Source: the human T2T-CHM13v2.0 reference genome, Homo sapiens. Taken from it: DNA of 64,000 nt. Positions within the stretch are counted from its first letter, which is position 1; each line of letters opens with the position of its first letter. The notes beneath the pieces are model-generated. The model had not been told where the DNA came from. It saw nothing but the letters and a program-made list of their open reading frames with translations, and did no database searches. The translations under genes and the position numbers were made by a program. The stretch lies in NCBI RefSeq assembly GCF_009914755.1, contig NC_060938.1. One strand, given 5' to 3'. Below, one piece after another: positions 1 through 13,840 of this stretch.

Positions 1-1435
1 AAAATCCCAGAAGGCTTTTTTATTTAGAAATTGACAGGCTGGTTGTAAAATTTATATGAAAAAAATATGGGACCTCGAATACCCAACAAACTTCACAAAA
101 GAAGAATACAATCAGGTGATTGATATGGCATGATTTTAAGATTTGCTATAAAGCTACAATGGTCATGATAGTGTGTTATTTTTATGAGAAGAGATATATA
201 GAACAATGGAACATATTAATGATTGTTCAAAAATATATCAAAACTATTCAGTGGGGAAAAATTCTATTCAACAAAAGAGAGAGAAATAGATAAATATCCA
301 CAAGAAAATGAATATTTTCATAAACAAAAATAAACTCAAAATGGATTTACACTTAAACATGGCAGCTAAATTTAAAAATGTTCTAGAAGAAAACTTTAAG
401 ACCTTGAAATAAGCAAAAATTTATTAGAAGAAACACAAAACACATGAACTGTAAAAAAAGTTATTAATAAATTAGACTTCATTATAATTAAAATCTTTAG
501 CTCTTCAAAAGACACCACTGAGACAATGAAAAGGCAAACCATACTCAGGAGAAACTATGCTAAATATATATATTTTGACAAAGAATTTATGTCCAGAATA
601 TGTGAAGAACTCTTAAAAACAAGAAAGCAAACAGCTCAGTTTTTAAAATAGGCAAAAAAATTAAGCAGACACTACTAAAGAAGATAAACAAATGGCAAAT
701 AAGCACATGAAAAATATGTTCAACATTACTAGTTGTAACTTAAAACTACAATGGACCCTACACCATACCCCTTAGAATGCCAAAATTAAAATGGCAGACT
801 CTGCCAAGTATTGGTGAATTCTAATATGAATTTTAATATGCTGTGCATGAAAATATAAAATGACACGAATATATTTTTTTTTTTTTTTTTGAGACAGAGT
901 CTCACTCTGTCACCCAGGCTGGGATACAGTGGCGTGATCTCGGCTCACTACCACCTCCGCTCCCAGGTTCAAGCAATTCTCCTGCCTCAGCTTCCCGGGT
1001 AGCTGGGACTACAGGCACGTGCCACCACGCCTGGCTAATTTTTTGTATTTTTAGTAGAGACGGGGTTTCACCATGTTAGCCAGGATGACCTCTATATCTG
1101 GACCTCGTGATCCGCCCGCCTTGATAGTTTGATATAAATTTAAAAGTACTGTTACTATATGACCCAGAAATTCTCTTTCTTGTTATTTACTTAAGTGAAA
1201 GGAAGAGATGTCCACACAAAAACATTTACAGAAATGATCATAGCAAATTTATCCATAATAGCTCCAAGCTGGAGTCAATCCAAATGTTCATCAATAAGTG
1301 TGTGGATAAATAATGTTACAGCCATACAATGAAATGCTACTCAGCAATAAAAAGGAATAAATAACTAAGACATTCATCAATGTAGGTAAATGTTAAAAAT
1401 CATTTTGCTGAGCACAGAAAAATTAATACAAAGTG
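1..1435 (+). mobile_element. Old L1 (L1M) ORF2 3' end, Alu-interrupted
   Basis: Degenerate L1 3' ORF2 sequence, A-rich. Confidence 0.85.
873..1122 (-). mobile_element. AluS (Sc-like), 5'-truncated
   Basis: Poly-T followed by Alu consensus. Confidence 0.9.
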
Positions 1436-2006
1436 TTCATAACCTAAGCTTTGTTCTCAAGGAGCTTGCATTCCACTAGGGAAGATCAACGTGTAAACCA
1501 ATGGAATAATTGTCCAAACCAGTGAGCCCTGAAACTGAGATTTCCCGTTTGGGGAACATATGTGCGAAAGCTATTCATTTGACATGGCATTAACTTGGAT
1601 GTTAAAGAATAGGGAAATTTCTAAGTAGACAGCAGCATGTTTACATGTCAGGCATCTTTAACCAGGCCTGACCCCTGTCTCCTCCTCCACATCCCTTCAC
1701 ACTCTTGTTTCCATTTCTCACAATGCTGCAGGCATCCAAGATGCCAAGATCTTTCCCACTTCCAGGCCCTCATACCTTCTGCTCATTCACTATTCAACAA
1801 GCATGTAACAAGAGCTTACCATGAACGGGGTGCCTTTATCTTCATCTGAAATTGAACAGTCAGCCAAGTTCCTGTCTCATGAAGCTCATGTTCTGGTGGA
1901 GAGAGACAGAGAAAAATAAATGAGTAAAGAAGTGAGTAAAGAAATAAGCGAGCTAATTTCAGATAGCCGTAAATGCTACAAAGAAAATTAAAACAGAGTA
2001 GGTTAG

Positions 2007-2333
2007 AGCTCCATTGTCCAATATGGTAAGCATTAGCTTCATGTGGCCATCAAGCACTGGAAAAGTGTCCAATTAGGATTGAGATGTGCTGCTGTGTAAA
2101 ATATACACCAGATTTCCAAGGCTCAGTATGAACAAAAATGTAAAATATTTTATTAATAATTTTCATATTGATTACATGTTGAAATAATAACATTTCTGAT
2201 ATATTAGGTTAGATAAAATATATTATTAAAAATTAATTTCAGCTTTTTTTTTTTTTTCCTTTTTTAACGGGCCTACTAGGAAATTTTGAATTGCCTATGT
2301 GGCTCATATTATATTTCAACTAAAGAGCACTGT
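2007..2333. mobile_element. MER33-like hAT-Charlie MITE
   Basis: Matches recalled MER33 body (gtccaatatggta...gtggctcatattatatt...cactg). Confidence 0.75.
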
Positions 2334-2689
2334 TCTGGAAGGGTGGTTAGGAAAGATTATTCTGTTCCCTGTCTTGGCCATGTGTTCCCCTGGGCTGCTT
2401 CTGGCTAGCTCCTACCTACCCTTTAGATTTCATGCCCAGAGGAGTAATTAATTCATTTTGTCTCTTTTCCACCATCAGCAAGCTGTGTAGACACAGGGAC
2501 TGTGGCAGGGTAGGCTGGCTGACTGACAATTCAGTGTGCTTGGAAGTTAGGGCATGAAAAAAGATTGATGTCCAAGGCCAAACAGATGTGAAACTGTCTA
2601 AATAAAATGGGGAGATGCTGTGGGGTCTTATGCAGGGTGTGAACCCACCAAGGCACTATCATACAACGACGCTGTGCACAGTCATCATT

Positions 2690-2785
2690 AGGGTAGAGAT
2701 AAAATAGTTGATGCAAGACCCTGTAGGCTCTGATGGATCCTGTTGGGTACTTCCAGGTTCTTCCTGCAGTTACTGTACATCATTG
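2690..2785 (-). pseudogene. Probable terminal exon remnant
   Basis: Preceded by an 85-nt intron (2786-2870) with GTGAGT, branch CTGAC and tttattttccaAG. Confidence 0.45.
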
Positions 2786-2870
2786 CTTGGAAAATAAATG
2801 CCAGTCAGAGAATTTACCCCCAGAGTTCCAAAGTGTTTAGACTGTATCCTAGAATCTGCTTTGTACTCAC

Positions 2871-2891
2871 GTATTATTAATGTTGCATTGT
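2871..2891 (-). pseudogene. 21-nt microexon
   Basis: ttttcttctAG ACAATGCAACATTAATAATAC GTGAGT. Confidence 0.55.
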
Positions 2892-3123
2892 CTAGAAGAA
2901 AATAGTAGTGGCTAGAATATTCTGTGTATCCTCTGTATTTTTCTAAATGTTTGAAGTATTCCAGAATAAAAGTGATAAAAATACATATAATCTATATTAG
3001 ATTATATCTATATTATATATGGATATTAGATATAGATATCAACTATATCTATATTAGATATAGATAGAAAACTATGAAAGGTCTCTCAGAATAACAATTC
3101 TGCCATGAGTGAGATGATCACAC

Positions 3124-3391
3124 CATATTATCATAAGCTCTTCCACTTGATGCATTAGGTCCTCATTGATTTTTCATGCACACTTTTCCTGGGGCTGCTT
3201 GCAAATGTAGAACTAATACAATAGTCCTTAAAATATGTAAAATTATGTTCAGGTGCCATGCTCCTGCTATCACTCCCAACACTGGTGCACTTGAATCAAT
3301 TATCTGTTATTCTTTTATGTTCATCTCTCCAACTGGGAAACATCTGTATCCCAATCACTCATGGGTTGACCCATTTTCTGATCAAATTTGT
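3124..3391 (-). pseudogene. Module 9, F3 exon
   Basis: Phase-1 join. Reads NKFDQKMGQPMSDWDTDVSQLER*T, comparable to talin VDEKTKEVIQEWNLTNIKRW, then ..FTYFKDYC. Confidence 0.55.
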
Positions 3392-3464
3392 CTTACTTAT
3401 GGCACCATTAAGTAGAAAAAAAATCAACATCAAGCGTTTCACTTCCTCGCAATCTCCCACTCAC

Positions 3465-3699
3465 TTATTACAGGGTCTTTATACTGAACGTCAGAAAATG
3501 CATACCCCACAAGTACAGGTTCTTTATTGTACACGGGACTTTCCAGAGTGACATGATTGCATGGCTTTTTACTATCAGTTTAAAATGTTTCACTCCCAGT
3601 GTCAAACACAGGAATGGAGTTTGGAAGTTACGTCACCAAAGTAAGAATGTTAGCCCATTCCTACCCTTTCTAGACTAATAATCTGCTGCTTGTCTTCAT
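3465..3699 (-). pseudogene. Module 9, F2-end plus F3-start exon
   Basis: ttttccttggctAG / A|GTGAGT. Reads DEDKQQIISLERVGMG*../CLTLGVKHFKLIVK/..KEPVLVGYAFSDV, comparable to talin KTYGVSFFLVK..VPRLLG. Confidence 0.65.
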
Positions 3700-3974
3700 C
3701 TAGCCAAGGAAAACTGACATACACAGTAATTAAAATTGTATTATTTCCCATCCCCATGCCTTTGCAGACACTTTAACCTCCAACAGGAAAATTATATCTG
3801 CCCATACATATACCTGAAAAATCCTATTCAATCTGCCAGCTCAGCTTAAATGTCATGTGTCCTCTGAGAATTCATCCTTTAACAAGAGAAATAGTTAGTC
3901 CCGACTGTGTGTTCATAAAGTGCTTGGTTTTCAAATCTGGTTCATTGCTGTCAAATTTCAAGAGAACGTGGCTC

Positions 3975-4210
3975 ATGTAGCCAGAACTGGAGAGCAGATT
4001 GCACAGATTCAAACCCTGGCTTATCATACTCTAGCCTGGAGAACTCTGTTAATTATCTAACTGTTCTCTGTGTTTCAGCAACTGAAAATGGGTACAGTGG
4101 TCCAAGCCTGCCTAGGTCATTACGGAGACTACATTGGCTAATAGTTTAATATTTTTTAAATGCTTACAATAGGATCTGGCATACAGCATTTATTAAACTT
4201 AAAATAAAAA
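3975..4210 (+). mobile_element. MIR
   Basis: Degenerate MIR core. Confidence 0.6.
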
Positions 4211-4459
4211 AAACAAGTTTACTTGCCTCTATCCAGCCCTACCCTAGGAGACGTTTAATTGTAGGAGACAGATCATCCACATTTCTGTCTCCTGCATACC
4301 TAGCACTGGGTCAGAAACACAGCTGATGCTCAAGTTTTAAAACACAAAACAGCACAACATACTGCAGAGTCATTTTCTATAGTGACTCCCACATGCCCCA
4401 AATCAAGGGGATATATTGCTATTTTCAAAAAGCACGTGGACATTGGCGCTTACCTTCTC

Positions 4460-4770
4460 TCATCCTGCACTTTGACCCTGAGACCACCACATGAGTGAGT
4501 CTGAGCTAGCCTGCTGGAGAATGAAAGGTCATAGTGGGAGAACCAGGGTGCGGCTAGCCCTTAGCCAACAGCCTACCAACCACCATGTGAAAAAGCTAGC
4601 CTAGATCACCAAGCCAGCAGCCAGTCAGCCAGCTTTCCAGAGGGTCAGGAGATAGACCAGCACGCTGTCCCAAACAGAAGCCATGCAGCTGCCACACAGA
4701 ATTGTGAATTACATAGAATGGGTATTTTTTTAAACCACTAAATTTTGGATTGGTTTTATTACACACAAAA
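4460..4770 (+). mobile_element. MLT1-family MaLR LTR fragment
   Basis: gctagcctgctggagaatga...aaaccactaaattttgg. Confidence 0.6.
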
Positions 4771-4823
4771 TATGTTAGATGTTAAAGCAAACTAAATACG
4801 TCCTGAGAAGGATTCCTAAGAGA

Positions 4824-5239
4824 TGTTAAAGCAAACTAAATATGGCCTGAGAAGGATTCTATTCTTCTATATTTGAGTCCTTGTGGACAAACTGCAACCT
4901 AACTTAGTGAGTAGACAAGATTGAAATCCTGACTTAGGTGTATGCTCCAGTAACAGTGGCGGAGTCTTGTCCAATCCCAGCATCCATACTTCAACCAGGT
5001 ATATGCTGCTGAGTGTTCAAACTGTTCAAATAAGGCAAACGCCATCCTGTAACCTATCCAGCTCTTTCTGTACCTCATCTCCAATTTCTGTACATCACTT
5101 CCCTTTTTTTTGCCTATAAATTTGTTCTGACCACAGGCATCCCTGGAGCCTCTTTGAAACCGCTGTGATTGCCGATTCACGGATCGTTCATTGCTCAAAC
5201 TCCTTTTAATTTAATTCAGCTGAAGTTGTTTTGTTACCA
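4824..5239 (+). mobile_element. MER57A solo LTR (ERV1)
   Basis: TGTTAAAGC...TTACCA with 4-bp TSD GAGA (4820-4823 / 5240-5243). Confidence 0.85.
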
Positions 5240-5307
5240 GAGATATAAGCATGAACCTTTTCTTCTCACTCAAAACTTAGGTAACTAGAACAGTAACTAG
5301 GACATAA

Positions 5308-5663
<356 letters not shown>

Positions 5664-5946
5664 CTTTTTTTTAGACAGTGTCACTCTGTTGCCCAGGCTG
5701 AAATGCAGTAGTGCAATCAGGGTTCACCCCAGCCTCAACTTCCCAAGCTCAAGCAGTTTTCCAGCCTCAGCCTCCAGAGTAGCTGTGACTACAGGTGTGT
5801 ACCACCACATCCAGGTTTTTTTTTTTTTTTTTTATGTTTTGTAGAGACATGGTCTAATCAGGTTGCCTAGGCTGGTATTGAACTCCTGGGCTTGAGTGAT
5901 CCTCCTGTCTTGGCCTCATGGGATTATAGGTGTGAGCCACAGCACC
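5664..5946 (-). mobile_element. AluJ
   Basis: J-type diagnostics, diverged. Confidence 0.85.
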
Positions 5947-6429
5947 TTTTCTTAAGAGACTTCTTGTCTGTGAAACTCTACCGCAGTTTCTTCATCTGCT
6001 ACTAATAATTACCATCTCATAAGATTTTTTTTAGAATTAAATGAGTTATTAGTTAATATATACAGAGTATTTTGAGCAATGTCTCACACATAAGTACTCA
6101 GTATTATTTCTACTTTGATTAGGATGATACTTACATTTTTATTACAAGGCAATTTATTTTGAAGTTGGTGATATAAATAAAAATCACAGCCAACATTATA
6201 AATATCATTTATTTCACATTTATTATGTGCCAGGCTCTATCCTAAACCCTTTTTTGTCCTAAACTTTTGTCCTGCATGTTTTTATTTACTTATCATAATT
6301 ATAATGCTCTTCCAAGATATTTCTTCCTTTTTGGAATTTAAACTGCTGGGGAAAAAAATGTACAAATTCTATTTATTATTATTAAGAACTGGGAAGCACA
6401 TTTTATTGTCTGTATTGCCTATAGTTCAC

Positions 6430-6616
6430 CTTTATATAATAGACAGAAAGATAATAGAATAACTCCTTCTTGGTTTAGAAAATTCATTTCAGCTTTTTCT
6501 ACCAATAAATGACCTAGTGACAGATCTACAGTATTTTGTTCCTGGCATATTTGAGTTCCAGCTATTGTACAACATACTCTAGTTGTTAATTGGTGGCTTA
6601 TTTGGAACACACAATT
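6430..6616 (-). pseudogene. Module 9, F2 exon (187 nt, fully open)
   Basis: tttatttctAG / AAG|GTGAAC. Reads NCVFQISHQLTTRVCCTIAGTQICQEQNTVDLSLGHLLVEKAEMN..., phase 0 to 1. Confidence 0.65.
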
Positions 6617-7454
6617 CTAGAAATAAACTATTGTTCCTTTTTGTCCAGAGCATGCTAATCCCTGACCTGACATTTCTGGTCTATGCCTAGGGAGGTAAGC
6701 TGGGAATTCGGAAGTGTGTTTTTTTATGTATAACGTGTAAAGCTGAGACCTGAGTAACTTAACAATAATGATACTACAGGCATTACGCTCCCTATGCAGA
6801 TTTATGCAAATTGCTGTAAATTTCCAAGGACCCCTAGGCCATGGCCTCAAAGCATTCCTGCTGTGGGCAAGCAAGGTTTTGAATAATAATGGAAAATGTG
6901 ACTGCATTACACAATGTCAGCCCAGTAAAGGTGACTTCTTAAAACCACCCTCTCCCAGGTATTTCCTGCCAGGCAGTCACATTTGATGTCATCCAAGCCT
7001 AACAGCATATCTCCAAGGAAGGTATTATTTCCTTTTTTTAAATTATGGGAAGTGAGGCCCAGAGGAGTAAGTGCCTTGACCAAGGCCACACAGCTGGAAA
7101 ACAAAGTTGCCCTCTCTCCCTTGAGTGTGAATTTCTCCAAGCCAACTTGATCTTCATTTCAATCTCTATCCATAGTACCCAGTGAAGTGTTCTTGCTACA
7201 ATAGAAATTTGTTAATTAATTCATTCAATAAATATGTATTATCTATCACATGCCAGATAAATCACAATTTATGAAAAAAATCCAACACACAAACACATTC
7301 GTATCTAAGAACTCGTATTACAATGTTATTTTTAATAATGAAAAAGAAAACTGTCTAACTGTGCAACAATAGAGAATTTGTGAAATATACCATAAAATAT
7401 TCACAGCCTGGAATATCTTATAGCCATTTTTATAGAAGATCTAATGATGTAAAC

Positions 7455-7646
7455 TAGGGGTCAGCACTTTCAGCCTGCCACTTGTTTCTTAGATAAAGTT
7501 TTATTGGAACACAGCCATGATCACTCATTTATGGCTGCTTTTCATTGCAATGGCGGGATTGAGGATTCGGGACACACACCAAATAGCCCACAAAGCTTGA
7601 AATATTTATTATCTTACCTTTTACCGAAAAAGTTTGCCAACCCCTG
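7455..7646 (+). mobile_element. MER58A (hAT-Charlie)
   Basis: TIRs aggggtcagca...tttgccaacccctg. Confidence 0.85.
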
Positions 7647-7717
7647 GTATAGAGAAATGTTCATAAAATGATAGGTGTAAAGGGCAGAACATTAAAAAAA
7701 AAACCCAACATGCTTAC

Positions 7718-7787
7718 AGATATTATGACTGCAATTTCCTTCCAGCTAGTTTCGATCAGCCGCTTATGTTATTCCATTTGATGATGG
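7718..7787 (-). pseudogene. Module 9, F1/F2 junction remnant
   Basis: Reads HKRLIETSWKEIAVIIS|GTAAGC, phase 0 into the next exon. Upper bound uncertain. Confidence 0.4.
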
Positions 7788-8800
7788 CTGATGAGTGTCA
7801 CTGCTTCCTGTGCTTCAGTCACTGCCCTGCCTACCTCCTGTGCACTGACAACCCAGGGGTGCATCAGGTAACCCTACCTTCAAGAAGTTCACAGTTTAGG
7901 CAACTGGTATAAAATATTACTGGAGAGAAAATAGAACTTATTTATACCAATTTCTTTGAAAAGAAAGCAGAAACTAGAAAATTACGAAGAGTACACTTTA
8001 TCATGAAGAACTATAAAAATGAATTCTAATGATAGAACTATAAGGAGAAATTATAAAATCCAAATTTTATATTATGTGCTCTATCAAAAAAAGATGAAAA
8101 ATAAATGATTAGAACAAAATACACTCTGTTTAAATGTGTGTGTATGTATCTATTTATCTATCTATAGTGTATACATACACACAAATAAATAATTCTATAT
8201 GTAGAATGAGAAAATATCTATTATTTTTCATGGTATATGGAACTCTAATATGTGTTAGGTTCCAAAGTGTATTACATACAACACATTTCAAAGAATCAAT
8301 ATAACACAGCCCAAGTTCTCTGATTACAATGCAATTAAAATTTTAAATCAACAATAAAAGTATCATCAATGCTCCTTTCCTTTAATATGCTTGGAAATAT
8401 AATGGGCCAAAAGTGGAATCAAAATTAATTTTTGAAAATTATGTAAATTTAGAATAAATTAGAAATCAGTATACTGTATATCACAACTTTTGTGAAAAGC
8501 TAAATTAATATTTAAGACAAATGCATAGCTTTACTGAATTTATTTTAATAAGAATTTAAAATAAATTGATATGATTGAAAATTTGTAAACAACTTGTTAA
8601 CATTAATGCAAGAATTAAGCAAGTTTGTTTTAACAAGATTAATATTCAAGAAAGTTGTTTCTTATTTACCAATAATAGCCAATTACTAAAAAAACTAACA
8701 AAAACATTATATTAACAATAGCAACACTTCTGTAAGATACAGTAATAATCTATCAAAAGATGTGTCACATATGAAAATAATTACAAAAGTGCCATTGAAG

Positions 8801-9589
<789 letters not shown>

Positions 9590-11516
9590 GAATTACTTAA
9601 AAGGAGACCTACATGAAATATAGTCAGGATTTTTAGAGGAACTAATATCATAAAGATACAAATTTTCCCCAAAATTATTATATTGCAGTTACAATCCAAC
9701 TGTTTGGCTTGTCAGAAAACTTGCCTTGATGTGTTACAAACTTCTCGTAACTAAAACCATGAGGTCAATGCAGGCGATAGAAAATTGACTGAAAACTGAA
9801 GCCCAAAAATTGACCTGTGGAAGTATGGAGGACCCGAACTGGCCCAAGGGTGGCACTAAATTGTAGTGAGGGGGGAAAAGGATCACACAATAAAGTGTAA
9901 AGAACAATTGCTTCTCCATATGGAAAATAAAATGCACATACCTACCTTATAGTATGCTCAAGAAATAAATTTCAGACATAATAAATATCTAAATCTAAAA
10001 AGGAAAAACTCTGAAATTGTGGGAGAATGTATAAGAAAATATCTTTGTGATATACGGGCAGTGAAGAATTTCTTGAAAAAAAATCTAACAAGAAGCCTTA
10101 CATAGTAAGAAATTAAACCTAATGGAATTGACTGAAAAAATTAACTCTATGTAAGCATTTCTGCATAACAAGAAACTTTCAACTATAAGAAAAGACAGGC
10201 CAGATTGAGAAAATATGTTTATAAAGCATAGAACTGAATAGAAAAGGTATCTAGAATACATAATAAACTACCACAAATGTAGAAAATTAAAAAGAAAGAA
10301 AAGGAAATAAATTTCTGAAAAATGTTGGCTAAAATCTGAAAAGGAAAGTCACAAGAAGCTATTATAATGATTAATATACAGAGAAATTGTGTTCCACCTT
10401 AATCATCTGAGGTATGCAAATAAAAACAACAATAAGACACCATTTCATTTCACACTCATCAGACTGTCAAACACACAAGTGTCTAATGATACTTAGTTAC
10501 GGTGAATATCTGAAGAAACAAGAACTGTATGCTGTTGGTGAGATGCAAAGTTGTTTTGACAAATTTGAAGAACAATTTGGCACCGTCTAGGAAAGCTGAA
10601 CATATCAATGACCTTCAAGTTAGAAATTTCACTTCTAGCCATATACCTAAAAGAAACTGAACTATGTATTAAAAAAAAAAGTAAATATAGAAGTTGCAAA
10701 ATGTTCATCTCAGCATTTCCTGTAAGAAACACTGGAAAGCTAAATATCCATTGTATGAAAATTGGATTTAAGATGTTTATAGTCCTTCAATGAGAACACT
10801 AGACAGCAATAAAAAAATAACTGGAACTAACATGTCACCATGAGTGATTTTCAAAAGCATTTTGTGTGTGCATGTGTAAAAAGCAAGTTTCAGGATCTGC
10901 TGTGGTAATGAAGGAGTAAGATTCTTTTGAGCAGATGACCCCACAGCAAACAACTATAGAATAGGCATGTGATAGTACAAACAGTTGTTTGAAGTCACTG
11001 GATAGTGTGCAGAAGTAGATGAACTCTGGCAGGGAGTCCATGCACAGAGAAGAGGAAGGAATAAAGTCAGTCCCCATTTTCATGGCTTTTAGCCTAAGAC
11101 AAGTCAGCAAAACATTTGATATAGCAAGGAAGGCCAGTGGGAAAACCACAATGTTTCTGGTTTGGAGAACCAGAAAACTATATATAAGGAATCTATGGCT
11201 ACTGAAGACAGCTGAAGAATTCTAGAAAGTAAAGAGCCTAGGGTGGATCCTTAAATTCTGCCTCCCTGTATCTCTGACAACGACTCACACTTGGATCACC
11301 CAAGCACACAGACTTAAAGCACTCCAGCTAAAGACAAAATATGTGAAGAGACGAGATGCCACCCAAGAAACGGAGTTTGCAGTTCAAGTCCATCCAATAT
11401 AATTGCCTACTAAAACAAAGGGACATCATTCACCAGAGAAAAGTGACAGAATAAAGAATCTCCACAAATTAGTATCCACAATGTCTCGGTTACAGTCCAA
11501 AACTGTAACCAGATAC

Positions 11517-11823
11517 AGCCGGGCACAGTGAGTGGTTCATGTCTGTAATCCCAGCATTTTGGGAGGCTGAGGCAGGCGGACAGCTAGAGCTCAGGAGTTT
11601 CAGACCAGCCTAAGCTACATAGTGAGACCCTGTCTCTACGAAACATCAAAAATTAACCAGATGTGGTGGCACATGCCTGTAGTCCCAGCTACTCAGGAGG
11701 CTGAGGTGGGAGGATTGCTTGAAACCAGAAGTTCAAGGCTACAGTGAGCCGTGATGGTGCCACTGCACTCCAGTCTGGGCAACAGAGTGATACCCTGCCT
11801 CAAAAAAATAAATAAATAAAATA
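11517..11823 (+). mobile_element. AluJ
   Basis: Full Alu, TSD approximately ACCAGA(T/C)AC. Confidence 0.9.
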
Positions 11824-12692
11824 CCAGACACATAGAGAACCAAGAATACAAAACACATGCAAAGGAGAAAAGAAAATAAACTGAGACCAACCCTAAGATG
11901 ATCCTGATATGGAAAACAAAAGACCAAGATTTTTAAGTGGCTGTTATAATTAACAATTAATTAATTTTGTAAATAGACTTGCACTAAATAATAAGATAGG
12001 AAGCTTCAGATGAGAAACAGAACAAGGCCTAAAGAAAAAATCATAGTAACAGAGACAACAAAGGAAAGATTATGTAAACATGAAATAAATTGATAGAAAT
12101 TATCTGAAGAAACAAAGAGAAAAAGAAGTGTGAAGACCAGCAAAGCCTCAGGGAGCTGCTCAATAATACCAAGAGTTCCAACATATGTGTAATTGGAGGT
12201 CCAGAGGGACAGGAAAGAAAGGCCAAAAATAATATTTGAAAAAGAAAGGCTGAAAATGTTCCAAACATGATGACAGAGAGAAGTTTACAGATACAAGATA
12301 CTGATAAACATCAGTCAAAATAAATATGAAGGAACATCGTAGTTAAACTGTTGAAAGCCAAAGGTGTAGTCAAATATGGAAAACATTGAGAGAAAAACAA
12401 ATATGTATGAAAGTAAAGAGTAAATGAATAAATATCAGAAGCTACAGAGGTCAGAAGACTGTGGAAGATTTTATATTAGTGAAAAAATGAAAACCAAAGC
12501 TCTCCACCCAGAATTATATGCAGCAAAAATATTCTCTAAGAATAAAAGTAAAATAAATATATTTTCAGATTAAAGAAAACTAAGAGAGTACCACCCAAAA
12601 AGCTGCACTGCAAGAAATGCTTCCTTTCTGGCTGAAGGAAGAAAGCTCAGATCTTCAAAATTTAAAAAAAAAAAAAAAAAAAAAGGGCATTT

Positions 12693-12863
12693 CATCACAG
12701 CACACTGCAGCCTTGACCTCCTGGTTTCAAGCAATCCTCCCACCCCAGCCTCCCAAGTAGCTGGGACTGCAGGCATATGCCACCACACCTGTCTAATTTT
12801 TTGATGTTTTGTAGAGACAAGGTCTCACTATGTAGCCTAGGCTGGTCTCAAACTCCTGAGCTC
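12693..12863 (-). repeat. Internal AluJ fragment, inverted copy of 11587-11756
   Basis: No tail or 5' end. Shares private variants with the AluJ at 11517. Confidence 0.8.
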
Positions 12864-13840
12864 AAAAGGGCATTTCTATGCCCTTTTTTTTTTTAATTTT
12901 GAAGATCTGAGCTGTCTTCCTCAGACATCTTTCTAAATCCAAAAGACTATATTTTTTGTTTCATTCTTGCTAATTTTTTATGATACATGTAAATATTAAA
13001 AACAACATATGTAATGTTTCTGGTAAGTTTTAAAATGTATGTAGATGTTACACATACAATGACTATAGCATAAAGCACAGGATGGGAGATATGAACTAGT
13101 GCAGTTTCAAGTTTTACTATTTTACATGAAGTGGGATACTGTTAACCATATATAAAATGTGAAGATGCAAACTGGTATATTATAATTTTTACAGCAACCA
13201 CTAAAAACATAACGTAATTAATGGTAGCAAAAAAGCCAACATAACCGTTAAAGAGGGAATTCTAAAACATGTTCACATTATTTTTTAAAGGCAGAGGAGG
13301 AATAGATGATCCAAAACCAGAAAAGACAAGTACAACATAAATTAAAATGTAGATCCAAACCCAATCATATAAATAATTATATTAAGTGTTACGAGATTAA
13401 GCACTCCCATTAGAAAGAAGATACAGGCATATCTCATTTTATTGTGCTTTGCTTTATTGCACTTCACAGATACTGTGTTTTTACAAGCTGAACTATTGTG
13501 GCAACACTGAATTCAGCAAGTTTTTTGGCACGATTTTTCCCAAAACAGGTGCTCACTCTGTATCTCTGTGTGACATTTTGGCAATTCTAGCAATATTTCA
13601 AACTTTTTCATTATTACCACATCTGCTATGGTGACCTGGGGCCAGTGATCTTTGATGTTACTGTTGTAATTGTTTTGGAGCACCACAAACTACCCATTAA
13701 AAGGGTGAACTTAATCAATAAATGTGTGTGTTCTGACTGCTCCACTGACCAGCCATGTTCCCCTCTCTCTCTCAATCCTTCAGGCTTTCTGTTACTTGGG
13801 ACACAACAATATTGAAATTAGGCCAGATAGTAACCATATG

